A stretch of DNA of 64,000 nt from Ruditapes philippinarum (GCF_026571515.1 NW_026855598.1:1-64000); one strand, 5' to 3'. Counted from the stretch's first letter, positions 1-22,428 are shown. Numbers and translations are program-made. Notes: a model not told the origin generated them from the sequence alone.

Positions 1-112
1 TAAAGAAAAAAATGGCCCTTTTGTGATCTTAGAAAATTTTATATTATCAAGGCTCTTTTACTATCAAGCACTAAGAATAGTGGAGTGTGCTGTCCCACTG
101 ACAGCTCTTGTG
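1..112 (+). mobile_element. 3' end of a non-autonomous Helentron/DINE-like element (same family as 37612-38202)
   Basis: TCAAGCACTAAGAATAGTGGAG...GCTGTC-CCACT-GACAGC-TCTTG is the reverse complement of the end of the 37612 element, with the 3' hairpin GCTGTC/GACAGC. Confidence 0.65.
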
Positions 113-359
113 TTTGTTGAGGAAAGATTGGAAATATAAGTTACCTTGAAAAATATGTTAGGAAAGTCCTTGCATGTTATTCTCAATTGCAAAGGTTTTT
201 TTTTAAGACGGATATTGTCTACCACTAGCCCAAATAGCATTTGATTTTCAGGCCCTAAATTTCTGATTGCATTTTACTGACATCTTTTTACTAACATTTT
301 TGACTTGGCATATATACTTTTATTTATAGTGTTAAGCAATTTGTTTTTTGTTTTTTCAG

Positions 360-11131
<10,772 letters not shown>

Positions 11132-11618
11132 TCTATATCAAAACTTATGACAAAATTGGTTTAGTGCTTAGCTTGTATTTTGTATTCTTTGACATATTTT
11201 TAAATACATGGACAATTTTAAATGGAATAGTCAAATGCATTTAAATTAAATTTTAAACTATTTATATTTTTGGCTCAACTTTTTTTAAAGAAAACAAGTG
11301 GAGCTATTGTCATGGAGCCGTGTTGGCGTTGGTTAACCTTTTCGTTAAGTTCCATTTTCTCAGAAAGTATAATAGCTAATAACTTCAAACTTGCCATATA
11401 TGTTTATTGTCCTAAAAGGACAGATAATCCAAAAATTATTTTAGGCAAAGTTATGCCCCTTTTTAGCCTTGGTTAACTTTTTCAATTTTTTGGTAAAGGT
11501 GCATTACTCAGAAAGTATCGAAAGATATTCACTTTAAACTTGTACATGTTCACTACTAAATTTAATGCATTTCTTAGGGGCAAAATATCCTGAAAGCCAT
11601 TTTTACCTTTTTCCTTTT

Positions 11619-13372
11619 TTATGCCACCGCAGCATCTGCGATGCGGTGGCATATAGCGATTCACCTGTGTGTGTGTGTGTTTGTGTGTGTGTTTGTGTGT
11701 GTGTTATATAGATTATATAGTGAACTTAAAAAATCTTCTTGTGAAAAACCACTGGTCCAATTTCAACCAAACTTGGCAGGATTGTTCCTTGGGTGAAGGG
11801 CTTCCAAAGTTGTTCAAAGAATTTAATTCCATGCAGAAATCTGGTTGCCATGGCAACCAAAAGGAATTATAAGAATAAATTTAAAAAATCTTCTTGTAAA
11901 GACCCAAAAGGCCTAGAGCTTAGATATTTTGCATAAGGCATTGTCTGGTAGACCTCTAACAAGATTGTTCAAATTATAGCCTGGGGTCAAATTGGCCCCG
12001 CCCCGGGGGTCATTGATTTTCACTATATACATATAGTAAAAACTTAAAATACCTTCTTGTACAGACCAAAAGGCTAGAGCTTAGATATTTTGCATAAGGC
12101 ATCGTCTGGTAGACCCTTACCAAGATTGTTCAAATAATAGCCCTTGGGTCAAAATCGGCCCGTCCCGGGGTCATTGATTTTCACTATATGTACTTATAGA
12201 AAAAACTTAAAACACCTTCTTGTAAAGACCCAAAAGGCCTAGAGCTTAGATATTTTGCATAAGGCATTGTCTGGTAGACCTCTACCTAGATTGTTCAAAT
12301 TATAGCCCTGGGGTCAAAATCGGCCCCGCCCGGTGGTCATTGGTTTTCCATTATGCTATATTATATGTATATAGTAAAAACTTCAAAAAAATTCTTCTAG
12401 CAATTGACAAATGCTAGAGGTTAGATATTTTGCATGAAACATTGTGTAGTAAACCTCTAGCAAGATTGTTCAAATTATAGCCCTGGGGTCAAAATTGCCC
12501 CCTGCCCTGGGGTCATTGATTTCAATATATACATATAGTAAAAAAATCAAAGAATCTTATTGTCTGAAGGTACAAGGCGTAGAGCTTTAATATTTGTTAA
12601 ATAATATCATCTTAAGGTACTCTACAAAAGTTATTCAAATTTAGCCTCTTGTGTCAAAATTAGCCCCGCCCCGGGGGCCATATGTTTTCCTTATATGTAT
12701 ATAGTAAAAACTTAAAAAATCATCTTCTCTAAATTTACAAAGGCTAGAGTTAAGATATTTTGCATGAAACATTGTGTAGTGAACCTCTTGCAAGATTGTT
12801 AAAATTATAGCCCTGGGGTCAAAATTGGTTCTGCCCCGGGGGTCATTGATGATCATTATGTACATATAGTGAAAGAATAAAAAATATTTTTGTCTGAAGG
12901 TACAAGGCATAGAGCTTTGATGTTTGATATATAATATCATTTATAGGTCCTCTACCAAAGTTGTTAAAATTTTTCCCCTGGTGTCAAAATTGGCCCTGCC
13001 CGGGGGCAGTGATTCTCATTATGTACACATAGTAAAAACAGAAAATAAAACAAATGTTTTCTGAATGGGAGAAAGCTATAGCTTAGATATTTGACTTGAA
13101 ATGTTGTTTGGTGGACCTGTATCAAGATTGTTTTGAATTAAACCCTTGGGTCAAAATTATGCCTTGCCCAAGGGGACAGTGACCTACTTTCTTGTCCTTT
13201 AATGTACAGCAATGACATTTTGACCATGTGCACAGTTTTAGTTGTAAAATTGAACTTTGATATCAGGTGACCTAGATTTTGATGATGTAACCTACTTTCT
13301 TGTCCTTTGATGTACAGCTATGAAATTTGAACATTGCGGTGGCATAGCATTTTTCTCAAATGCAATCTTGTT
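11619..13372 (+). mobile_element. Helentron/DINE-like element with ~170-180-bp tandem array, nested in an older degenerate element (about 11268-13555)
   Basis: 5' ATGCCACCGCA with internal inverse TGCGGTGGCAT, (TG)n microsatellite, repeated units containing CCCTGGGGTCAAAATTGGCCCCGCCCC, 3' TGCGGTGGCAT and hairpin GCATTT..AAATGC. Confidence 0.85.
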
Positions 13373-14394
13373 TTAATTTGGAATATTTGCCTTTTTCTTA
13401 AAAAACCCTTAAGGTATTTACTTGAAACTTAATATATTTGTTGACTATTAAGAGCAGGTTATTTTGCAAAGCATGTTTTCAGAATTATGTCCCTTTTCCT
13501 TTGTTGCCTATTATTAACTGGCCAGCACTGAGAAAAGTGGAAAACAGGTCTTGCTGTATTTTGTGTTATGTTTTGGAAAAATGATTACACTTTACAATAT
13601 TGTCCATACAAGATCTCATATTCCCAGTTTGACACATATTTTATATGATAAATGTAATCTAGCATTATGGTTAAGAAAATTTATCTTATAGATAATATAA
13701 ATAATCATTATCATTGAATGTTGTTTGCAAATCTGTACTTTGTTTTTTTCCAGTCTTTTTTGTTTGCTTGTAAAGCATTTTTTAGAAGTGTGTGTTTTGT
13801 GCATAAACAGTTTGAATTTGAATTTATATCAAAGATTTTATTCTGGTTCAACATTCTAAGTATTTTCTTCATGACTGTATGTTATCTAAATGTGCAATAA
13901 AGTATAACAAACATTCATTTGTAATCTCAGTGATATTTTCAAATTGTTGGCCTCTAAGTCCCTTCTTCAGGTCAGGGGACAGACAATTGTTAAAGGTTTT
14001 TGCTTCACAAAAATCTGTGGTTCTTCTATACCCTAACAACCAGTGCTATTTGTAGACAAGCTTTATTATATAAACACACCCTGAAAAATGTTGTTAAGAA
14101 ATAAATAAGGAACAAAGTTAACTTTAGTGTATAGTCTCGCAGTTTTGTAATTAACTACATGGAATTTTCTGTGGGGAAAGTAAAATTTTTTTTTTTAACC
14201 AGCAGTCTAAGTACACTAGTATACCGGGTAATATTATCTTTACAGTTTTGTTTTTAAAATTCTCCGAGTACTGTTAATAGCAATGGTTGATTTAGTATGA
14301 GCAAGAATTGTTAGTTTCCTTGATAATGTACATTTCCAAAAATGTAAGCTAGACAAATTCATTTTTGAAATTCCGCAAATCCAAGGTTAATACT

Positions 14395-14715
14395 TGTACA
14401 GCTAAGAACAGGTTTAAATCTTACAGCTAAGAAACCATTTAAATTTTACAGCTAAGAAATGGTTTAAATTAACAGCTAAGAAACAGTTTAAATTTACAGC
14501 TAAGAACAAGTAAATACAGGTTTAACATAAAGAACAAGTTAATTCAAGTTGTTCAGCTTAAAAACCGGTTTTAACTTAACAGCTAAGAACAGGTTAATAA
14601 TTGTACAGCTTAGAACTAGTTAAAAATTTACAGCTAAAACAAGTTAAAACTTATGTAGCTAAAAACTGGTTTGAACTTTACACCTAGGAACAGGTTAATA
14701 CAACTATAGTTAAGA
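14395..14715. repeat. ~25-bp minisatellite
   Basis: About 12 degenerate copies of ACAGCTAAGAACAGGTTTAAAT. Confidence 0.85.
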
Positions 14716-15229
14716 AGAGAGTATCCAGAAATGCTTATTAGGTAACTTAGTGTCACAATATTTTGCTTTTAAACTGATTGAGTCTTCTGAAAGAAAGAAA
14801 AAAACATTGTAAAAAAAAAAGAACAGAGCTTTTTATATTTTTGACCTGGAAAAAAGGGAAGTGTTTTCAACTACATATTACATATACATGGTTAGAAATA
14901 ATGATATATTTTCTCTGTGATTTAATTTAACTTTGGTAAAATTGAATGTTTTGTAAAAAGCTTAAAATGTTTGTAAGCATGTTGTTGTTTTTTTTAATGT
15001 TCATTATCTTCATAATAGATGTTATGTTTATATAATCATTAAATCCTCATATTGTGCTTTTATGGTTTGTTATTGTATTGTACCAAAAAACAAGTTCCAC
15101 TATTTGAATTAATTGCAATTCATTTACACATATGTATAGGATCATAATGCATTCATGAATCATTAGAACCAGTACAACCTTATTGTCACTTACTAGAATA
15201 AATAGGTCAATAGGAAAACTATTGCCATT

Positions 15230-15883
15230 TTTAGCTCACCTGACCACGAAGTGGTCAAGGTGAGGTATAGTGATGGGGCTATGTCCGGCGTGCGTCGTCG
15301 TGCGTCGTCAACAATTGGGTTGTTAACAGTCTAGCAGTCACAGTTTTGATTGGATCATTGTCAAACTTTGTCAGAATGTTTGTCTCAATGAAATACAGAT
15401 CGAGTTCGAAGATGGGTTATCTTTGGTCAAAAAATAGGTCACAGGAGCTAAAAATAGAAAAAGCTTGTTAACACTCTAGTGGCTGCAGTTTTGATCCAAA
15501 TATTCAGGAAATTTGTCAGGAAGGTTGTTTTGATGATTTCTAGGTCAAGTTTGAAGATTGGTCATTTCCGGTAAAAAACTAGGTCACAGAAGCTAAAAAT
15601 AGAAAAATCTTTTTAACACTAGTGGCTGCAGTTTTGATCCAAATATCCTGGAAATTTGTCAGGAAGGTTGCTTTGTTGATTTCTAGGTCAAGTTTGAATA
15701 TGGGTCATCTCCAGTCAAAAATTAGGTCACATTGCCCAATTATGGAAAACCTTTTTAACACAATAGAGGTCACATTTTTGACTCAATTGTCATTAAACTT
15801 GGCTAGGATTCTTGTCTAAGACATTGCTTGGATGCGGTTGATGGGTCAGGGGAGCGATCCAGGGCCATCATGGCCCTCTTGTT
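15230..15883 (+). mobile_element. Helentron/DINE-like non-autonomous element
   Basis: 5' TTAGCTCACCTG, (GCGTC)n microsatellite, ~140-bp internal repeats, 3' hairpin AGGGCCATCATGGCCCT-CTTGTT; the termini are shared with the 39494 and 49442 elements. Confidence 0.8.
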
Positions 15884-18161
15884 TATTGAGTAATTTGTTA
15901 TAATTTTATTTTTTACTGACCACCGGAATGAACCAAATGGGACAGAATATCTGTATACCTGCTGGTTCAGTGTTGTATTGTCATCAATGGTGTGTCTTAA
16001 GTCTGTTTATACCATTTCTTTGTGTGTAGGTGGCAGCGGGAGGCAACAACAATATCATTCAAAACAACCCTTTGTAGCACAACACCCTCCTGAATAAGTC
16101 TTAACAGGTCAACAATCATCCCTGGTATTAGAATGCTTGACATTGACCTGCCATGAGCCTTTTAGGCAACATGTACCTCTTGGATTGAATTTGGAGAAGA
16201 TAATCGAGCAACTGTGAATAAAGACATTTGTTCTTGAGAAGTTTCTTAATGGTCTTTCTGTCTAACCATTTTGACACCAAACATTACCTAAAGTGAATAA
16301 AGTTTAGGCATGTTGGTTAAACTCATTTGCTCTCACCCTGATGATAGTCTGTTAGGGTAAGATGGGTTGTGAATAGCATTGTTTTATGGTTTGAAAAGTA
16401 TAAAGGTATGCTAATTTGAAATTATGGATTTACTCTTATATTGCGTTTGCTGACTAACAATAATTGCAGCATGTAATTTTACTGAATTACTTACCTTTGT
16501 TAACTTAAACTTTCTGCACGGCTCTTGCTGTAATGTTGCACACTATAAACACTATTACTTAATGATGTCATCTTCACAATCCCCAGATACCTTGCTTTCA
16601 TTATGGATTTTTAAATTCAATGATAAAGACTATTTTATATCCAGAGACAAATAAATTCAGAGTATAACAATGACTTGACCTTAGAAATACAATTTGTTTA
16701 TTGCATATAAACAGATATACATGTATATGTATTCTAATTCAGCTCCGTACTGTTGCTGTCTGGTTACCTCTTTCTTGTGTTTTTTTGTAAAGCTGTATTA
16801 ACACATTACTATGGTTTTAGAAAAAATAAGCCAGCTTTAAAAGCTTATTTACACGTAATAATTATGTATCCAGTGTTTTTTAACAGGACACACTGTACGA
16901 TTCTATTGTGGTTAATGGTACCTAAACTTTTCACAGATAATGTTAATCCGGTCCAGCTTTAAAGCTGTAGACAAACACTCTGATCAATATCCTCCTTTAA
17001 CTAGATATTTTTATCCGAAATGATCTGTCAATATTTATTTGCATCTGTATGCAATTGAAAGGTGTGTATTTCCTCTATCTTTTATGGTATTAAGAGACCA
17101 GATTACTTATAAATTTTTGATGTCAGACCTTTGTAGATGAGAAATGCTTATGTTTGAGAATTTCCTATAATTATGATTTTCAACTACTAGTATCTCTTCG
17201 AAATAGTGTACAGTTTTGAACTGTGATATACTCCCCGCTATATTGAAATTTGTTCTTGAATTTCTAATAGGTACAATGTGAAATTGGACTCGCAGCTTTA
17301 TACCATCATAGCGCAATGTTGGGCGCCAATGCCACAGAGAAAAAATATGAAAAATGAGAAAAATATGCAGTCTGACCAGAACTTGAAGGCTCAACAGCCG
17401 CTTACACACTATGTCTCTTTATTATACCCCCGCACAACAAAGTTGTAAGGGGGGTATACTGGAATCAGCTTGTTCATCCGGGCGTCTGTCGGTTTTTCCT
17501 TGTCCGTCCAATAACTTAAGATTCCTTTGACCCCACAGTCTTCATTTTTGGCAGGGAGGTTAGTCATGATGAGTAGATGACCCCTATTGATTTTGACTGG
17601 GTCAAGGTCACAGGGGCCTTGAGTAAAGCTTATCCACCCAATAACTTAAGATTCCTTTGACCCACAGTCTTCATATTTGGCATGGAGGATAGTCACGATG
17701 AGTAGATGACCCCTATTGATTTTGAGGTCACTGGGTCAAAGGTCAAGCAAGGTCAGACAGGCCTCGACTAAAAAAGCTTGTCTGCCCAATAACTTAATAT
17801 TCCTTTGACCCACTGTCTTCATATATGGCATGGAGGTTAGTCATGATTATTAGATTTCCCCTATTGATTTTGAGGTCAAAGGTCAAGGTCACACAGGCCT
17901 TCACTAAAAAAGGTCTTGTCTGCCTATTAACTTAAGAATCCTTTGACCCAGTCTTCATATTTGGTATTGAGGTTGTTTATGATTATTAGATGACCCCTTT
18001 TGATTTTGAGGTCACTGGGACCTTGACCTAAAAAAGCTTGTTGGCTCAATTGCTTAAGAATGCTTTGGTTAACAGTCTTTATATTTGGTATTGAGGTTGT
18101 TTATTACTAGATGACCCCTATTGATTCTTTTTCGCGAAAGAATTTCGTTTCGGGACTTACC

Positions 18162-18191
18162 TGAGATACGGTTGCGCATGCGCAGTTCACT
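18162..18191. repeat. DIRS left inverted terminal repeat core (partner at 22637-22666)
   Basis: TGAGATACGGTTGCGCATGCGCAGTTCACT is the exact reverse complement of AGTGAACTGCGCATGCGCAACCGTATCTCA. Confidence 0.92.
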
Positions 18192-18417
18192 TTCCCGGTT
18201 GCGTTTCACGCAGTGAAACACGTTTCGTATAATATTAAAAGTTTTATCGGTCGTAGATCGATATAAGTTTATCACTCTTTTTATTTCGAAGTTTATTCGA
18301 AATACAATGTACTAACTATTTCTATATTGTGTGTGGACGTAGTTCACATTATTGTGTTTTTTATCGTTGTTGAGAGGCGAATTTTCTCGATCGCACGTGG
18401 TGTGATCTTCGTAAATT

Positions 18418-19542
18418 ATGGCGGATGCCAAAGAAGCGAACAAAAAAGCTGCTGAAAGCAGCGGTTATGAAAAAACAAATAAAGGGAAAGCGCCGAAGAA
18501 AGCGTCAGAAAAGGTTCCCGAAAAAACTGCAAGTACAAGCTCGTCGAGTTTGGGCAAAACTTCTGAAGATAAAATTTTGTCTCTTCTGGAAATTATGAAA
18601 AGTTCGTTTGATCGCCAAATGCAGGAACAAAATACAAAAATTAACAGTTTAGCAAGTAAAGTTGACGATTATGAACAATATTATGAAGAGTATGATTATG
18701 ATGATGATTATGAGTCTGTGGACAATTTCCATCAGGATGATGATCAACCTGAGCAGAGTAAGAGAAAAAATGATGATGAGAATAATAATAGTAGATTTAA
18801 GAATATGGCAAAGCGTTTTAAGACCACAGAAACTTGTGATTCGAAAGTTGATTCTGTGTTAGCGTCAACTGTAAATGACTTATTTCTAAATGGACTTGAT
18901 GAGGATCATTATAATAAATTGACAAAAGATGAACTCAATGCTAGGCCTGAAAACTGTGAGGCTTTATCTGTGGTAAAAATGAACCAGTTAATATGGGACG
19001 CGGTTTCCCCAAATGCTAGAACGTCTGATAGGAAACTTCAATACATTGAAGAGTCGGTTAATTAAAAGTGGTACACTCTTAGTAAAAGTAGTCAATTGAG
19101 TTGGACAAATTAGATTCGGAGAATGATGGAAGCTTGGTCCCGTTGATAGAGCAGTGTAATGATGTCCTGACTTTGTTGGGTCATGCGAATAAGCCAAATT
19201 AATATGACCAGGAAAGACTTTCTTAGACCTGAAATGAGTAAGGAATACACTCATCTTTGTAGTCAATCTAGACCTTTTACAAAATTCTTATTTGGGGACG
19301 ATGTCTCCAAGTCGGCTAAGGAGATTGAGGACTGTTCCAAGATCAGTAATAAGATGTTTGATCGTAGACCTTTTCGAGGAGGTCCTGCCCGCCGAATGTT
19401 GAATAGAGGATTTCGTTTCCGAGGCGGTTATGGCCGAGGTATGAGACCGAGGGGCCGAGGTTTGTCGGATCCAAATGTTGGTACATCTACCGATTCAAAA
19501 AACTACCAGAGACGGGGGTCTCGGCTGCCATTCAAGCAGTAG
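18418..19542 (+). CDS. DIRS ORF1 (Gag-like), interrupted by three +1 insertions at about 19060, 19098 and 19194
   Basis: ORFs 18418-19065 and 19183-19542 share a frame. Removing three single extra bases gives the continuous read ESVIKSGTLLVKVVNELDKLDSENDGSLVPLIEQCNDVLTLLGHANKQINMTRKDFLRP...FLFGDDV. It also has a RPENC motif and an RG-rich C-terminus. Confidence 0.8.
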
Positions 19543-21593
19543 AGCAGGTAAATGATTATTTTCAAGCAGGTAGACTTGCAAATTTTGTTAACGAATGGGA
19601 AAATTTAACAAGTGACCCTCAAATTCTTGATATTGTTAAAAATTGTCATATTGATCTTCAAGTTAATAACTCTGGACAAAAATATTTTTCTCCTTGTCAG
19701 TATAAATTTGATACTTTTGAATGTCAACATATTGATAATGAAATCAAAAAGCTTCTAAAATTGAAAGTAATAGTGCCTGTTGAGGCAGAGAAAGGTCAAA
19801 TTTTATCACCAATATTTTTACGCCCTAAAAAGAACGGGGAATACAGATTGATTTTGAATTTGAAAAAAGTTAACACATTTATCCCTTATAAACATTTTAA
19901 AATGGACACTTTTGAAAAAGTTCTCACATTAATTTCACCAGGGGTAAAAATGGGATCAGTTGACATTCGTCATGCATACTATTCTATAAAGATTGCTGAA
20001 GAACAGCAAAAATGTTTTTGTTTCATTTGGCGTAAACAAATCTACCAGTATACCTGTTTAGCAAATGGCGTTAGTGAAGGCCCTCGTCTGTTTACGAAAC
20101 TTTTGAAACCAGTATATGCACGATTACGTAGTTTGGGCTATGTAAATTCTGGATTTATTGATGATAGTTTTTTGTTGGGTGATAGTTATAATGAATGTGA
20201 AGAAAATATCAAAGCCACTGTTAACTTAATGTTACAGGTAGGATTCATTATAAATGAAGAAAAGTCTGTATTAATTCCAACAACAAAATTACTTTACTTA
20301 GGGAACATAATTGATTCTGAAGGCATGGTAGTTACTTTGCCTAAAGAAAGACAAGATAAAATTGTTTTGGAATGTCAAAACTTATGTAATAAATCTGTAG
20401 CTTCAATAAGGCAGGTTGCAAAGGTTATTGGTTTGATAGTTGCAAGTTTTTCTGCAGTAGACTATGGGAAACTGCATTATCGACAATTAGAGTTGGCAAA
20501 AACATTTTATTTAAAGAAGAATTTTGGGAATTATAATGCTTTTATGCCAGTGACTGATAAAATGAGAACTGAACTAACTTGGTGGGTTAACAATTTGAGA
20601 CAACAATCACGATCAATAAATAGGTCAACCCCTAATACCATTATTGAAACGGATGCCTCGTTTCTTGGATGGGGGGCTAAATATAAAGATATTAGAACAG
20701 GCGGCAGATGGCTTGTTGAAGAAAAGCTTCTTAACATAAATGTATTGGAATTGTTAGCAATATTTTATGCATTACGATCGTTTCGAGAACATGTTGTTTC
20801 CCAGCATGTAAAAATAATGTCGGATAATACTACAGCTGTAAGTTATATCAATAATATGGGTGGAACTGTATCCTTACAGTGTAATAAGATTGCTGTTGAA
20901 ATTTGGACCTGGTGTATAGCTAATGACATATGGTTAACTGCTGCACATATTGCAGGCAAAGAAAATTTAGAGGCTGATCAGGCTTCTAGAAAATTTAAAG
21001 ATAATCTGGAATGGAAACTGGATGAGAAAATTTTTAATAAGATTTGTGATTTGTGGGGTACCCCAGATTTAGATTGTTTTGCATCTAGGTTAAATGCACA
21101 ATTAAAGAATTATTGCTCTTGGAAACCTGATCCAGATTGTATTTATGTTGATGCGTTTTCCATAGATTGGAAAATTGTGAATAATGTATATGTTTATCCT
21201 CCTTTCAGTCTGTTAGGAAGATGCGTGCAGAAAATGAGAAGAGATATGGCCAAGGGCATCATCATAGCTCCACTTTGGACAACTCAACCTTGGTTTCCAA
21301 GGCTTATGGACATATTGGTAGACACGCCAGTTATTATTCAAAAGAAGAAAGGTTTGCTGAAATTACCGCTTCAACAAATGTCTCATCCTCTCGAAGGCAG
21401 ACTCAGATTGATAGTTTGCAAAGTGTCAGGGATAGTTTCAGAAAACGTGGATTTTCAGAGGACTCTACCAGAATATTCATGTTGTCATGGAAATCAGGTA
21501 CTAAAAAACAGTATAATACACACATTACCAGGTGGTTTCGCTACTGTACTGAAAGGAAGATTACTCCAGTTTCGCCAACTTTGGAGGAAGTAG
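19497..21593 (+). CDS. DIRS ORF2: reverse transcriptase / RNase H / Dam-like methyltransferase domain
   Basis: Frame is open from 19407. RT motifs SPIFLRPKKNGEYRLILNLK, VDIRHAYY, GFIDDSFL; RNase H motifs ETDASFLGWGA, INVLELLAI, SDNTTAVSYIN, HIAGKENLEADQASR; MT motifs DLDCFAS, DAFSIDW, VYPPF, APLWTTQPWF. Confidence 0.93.
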   Translation, partial: KKLPETGVSAAIQAVEQVNDYFQAGRLANFVNEWENLTSDPQILDIVKNCHIDLQVNNSGQKYFSPCQYKFDTFECQHIDNEIKKLLKLKVIVPVEAEKGQILSPIFLRPKKNGEYRLILNLKKVNTFIPYKHFKMDTFEKVLTLISPGVKMGSVDIRHAYYSIKIAEEQQKCFCFIWRKQIYQYTCLANGVSEGPRLFTKLLKPVYARLRSLGYVNSGFIDDSFLLGDSYNECEENIKATVNLMLQVGFIINEEKSVLIPTTKLLYLGNIIDSEGMVVTLPKERQDKIVLECQNLCNKSVASIRQVAKVIGLIVASFSAVDYGKLHYRQLELAKTFYLKKNFGNYNAFMPVTDKMRTELTWWVNNLRQQSRSINRSTPNTIIETDASFLGWGAKYKDIRTGGRWLVEEKLLNINVLELLAIFYALRSFREHVVSQHVKIMSDNTTAVSYINNMGGTVSLQCNKIAVEIWTWCIANDIWLTAAHIAGKENLEADQASRKFKDNLEWKLDEKIFNKICDLWGTPDLDCFASRLNAQLKNYCSWKPDPDCIYVDAFSIDWKIVNNVYVYPPFSLLGRCVQKMRRDMAKGIIIAPLWTTQPWFPRLMDILVDTPVIIQKKKGLLKLPLQQMSHPLEGRLRLIVCKVSGIVSENVDFQRTLPEYSCCHGNQVLKNSIIHTLPGGFATVLKGRLLQFRQLWRK

Positions 21594-22396
21594 TTGAATT
21601 TTTAACAAATCAGTTTAACAAAGGTCTTGGTTATGAAAGTCTTAATACAGCTCGTGGTGCTCTATCTGCTCTTGGAATTCAATTTGAAGGATTTCGGATT
21701 GGAAATCATCCTTTAATAATAAGATTCATGAAAGGTGTATTTGCAGCCAGACCAACAAAATCACGTTATACTGAAGTTTGGGATGTGAATAAAGTTTTAA
21801 TTTATTTGAAAAAGCTTTCACCAGTAAGACATCTTTCACTGAAAAATCTCACATTGAAGCTGGTGATGCTCATGGCCCTAACTCAAGCTGCACGTGTACA
21901 GACATTACAATTAATTAGTTATACTGATTATAAGAAGTTAAAATCAGAGTTTGTGTTTAAATTTGATGGGCTGCTGAAGCACAACAGACCAAACCATAAC
22001 ATTAATTTTATTTCATTTAAGGCTTATCCTCCAGATAGGAGACTTTGTATATATACAGTGCTGAAGGAGTATTTGGCGCGTACAAGTAATGTTAGAATTG
22101 ACAATAATGCTAAGAAATTGTTATTAAGTTATGTTAAACCATATAAAAATGTTACAAAAGACACGATTTCTAGATGGATTAAAACTGTTATGTATAGATC
22201 TGGAATAAACATTGCGAAATATGGTTCTCATAGTGTGAGAGCAGCAGCAGCATCCAAGGCAAAGAATTCTGGAGTGCCTGTTGCAGTAATATTAGAGAAA
22301 GCTGGCTGGTCGTCAGAAAGCACATTTGCTAAATTCTATGATAAGGCAATAAACACGGGGAGAGACCCATTTCAAGAAGGTGTTTTGAGGCACTAG
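21221..22396 (+). CDS. DIRS ORF3: tyrosine recombinase
   Basis: Catalytic set present: R (AARVQTL), K (LKHNRP), HxxR (HSVR), W (AGWS), Y (KFYDK). Overlaps ORF2 by 373 bp in another frame. Confidence 0.93.
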   Translation: MRAENEKRYGQGHHHSSTLDNSTLVSKAYGHIGRHASYYSKEERFAEITASTNVSSSRRQTQIDSLQSVRDSFRKRGFSEDSTRIFMLSWKSGTKKQYNTHITRWFRYCTERKITPVSPTLEEVVEFLTNQFNKGLGYESLNTARGALSALGIQFEGFRIGNHPLIIRFMKGVFAARPTKSRYTEVWDVNKVLIYLKKLSPVRHLSLKNLTLKLVMLMALTQAARVQTLQLISYTDYKKLKSEFVFKFDGLLKHNRPNHNINFISFKAYPPDRRLCIYTVLKEYLARTSNVRIDNNAKKLLLSYVKPYKNVTKDTISRWIKTVMYRSGINIAKYGSHSVRAAAASKAKNSGVPVAVILEKAGWSSESTFAKFYDKAINTGRDPFQEGVLRH

Positions 22397-22428
22397 GACT
22401 AGGTGTTTTTTCGCATTAGGCTTTAAAG

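Noticed and set aside
19761-22396. Prophage integrase, retron or bacterial restriction-modification module (RT + MTase + recombinase)
   Set aside because: Domain order, ORF overlap and ITR/ICR structure are diagnostic of a DIRS retrotransposon.
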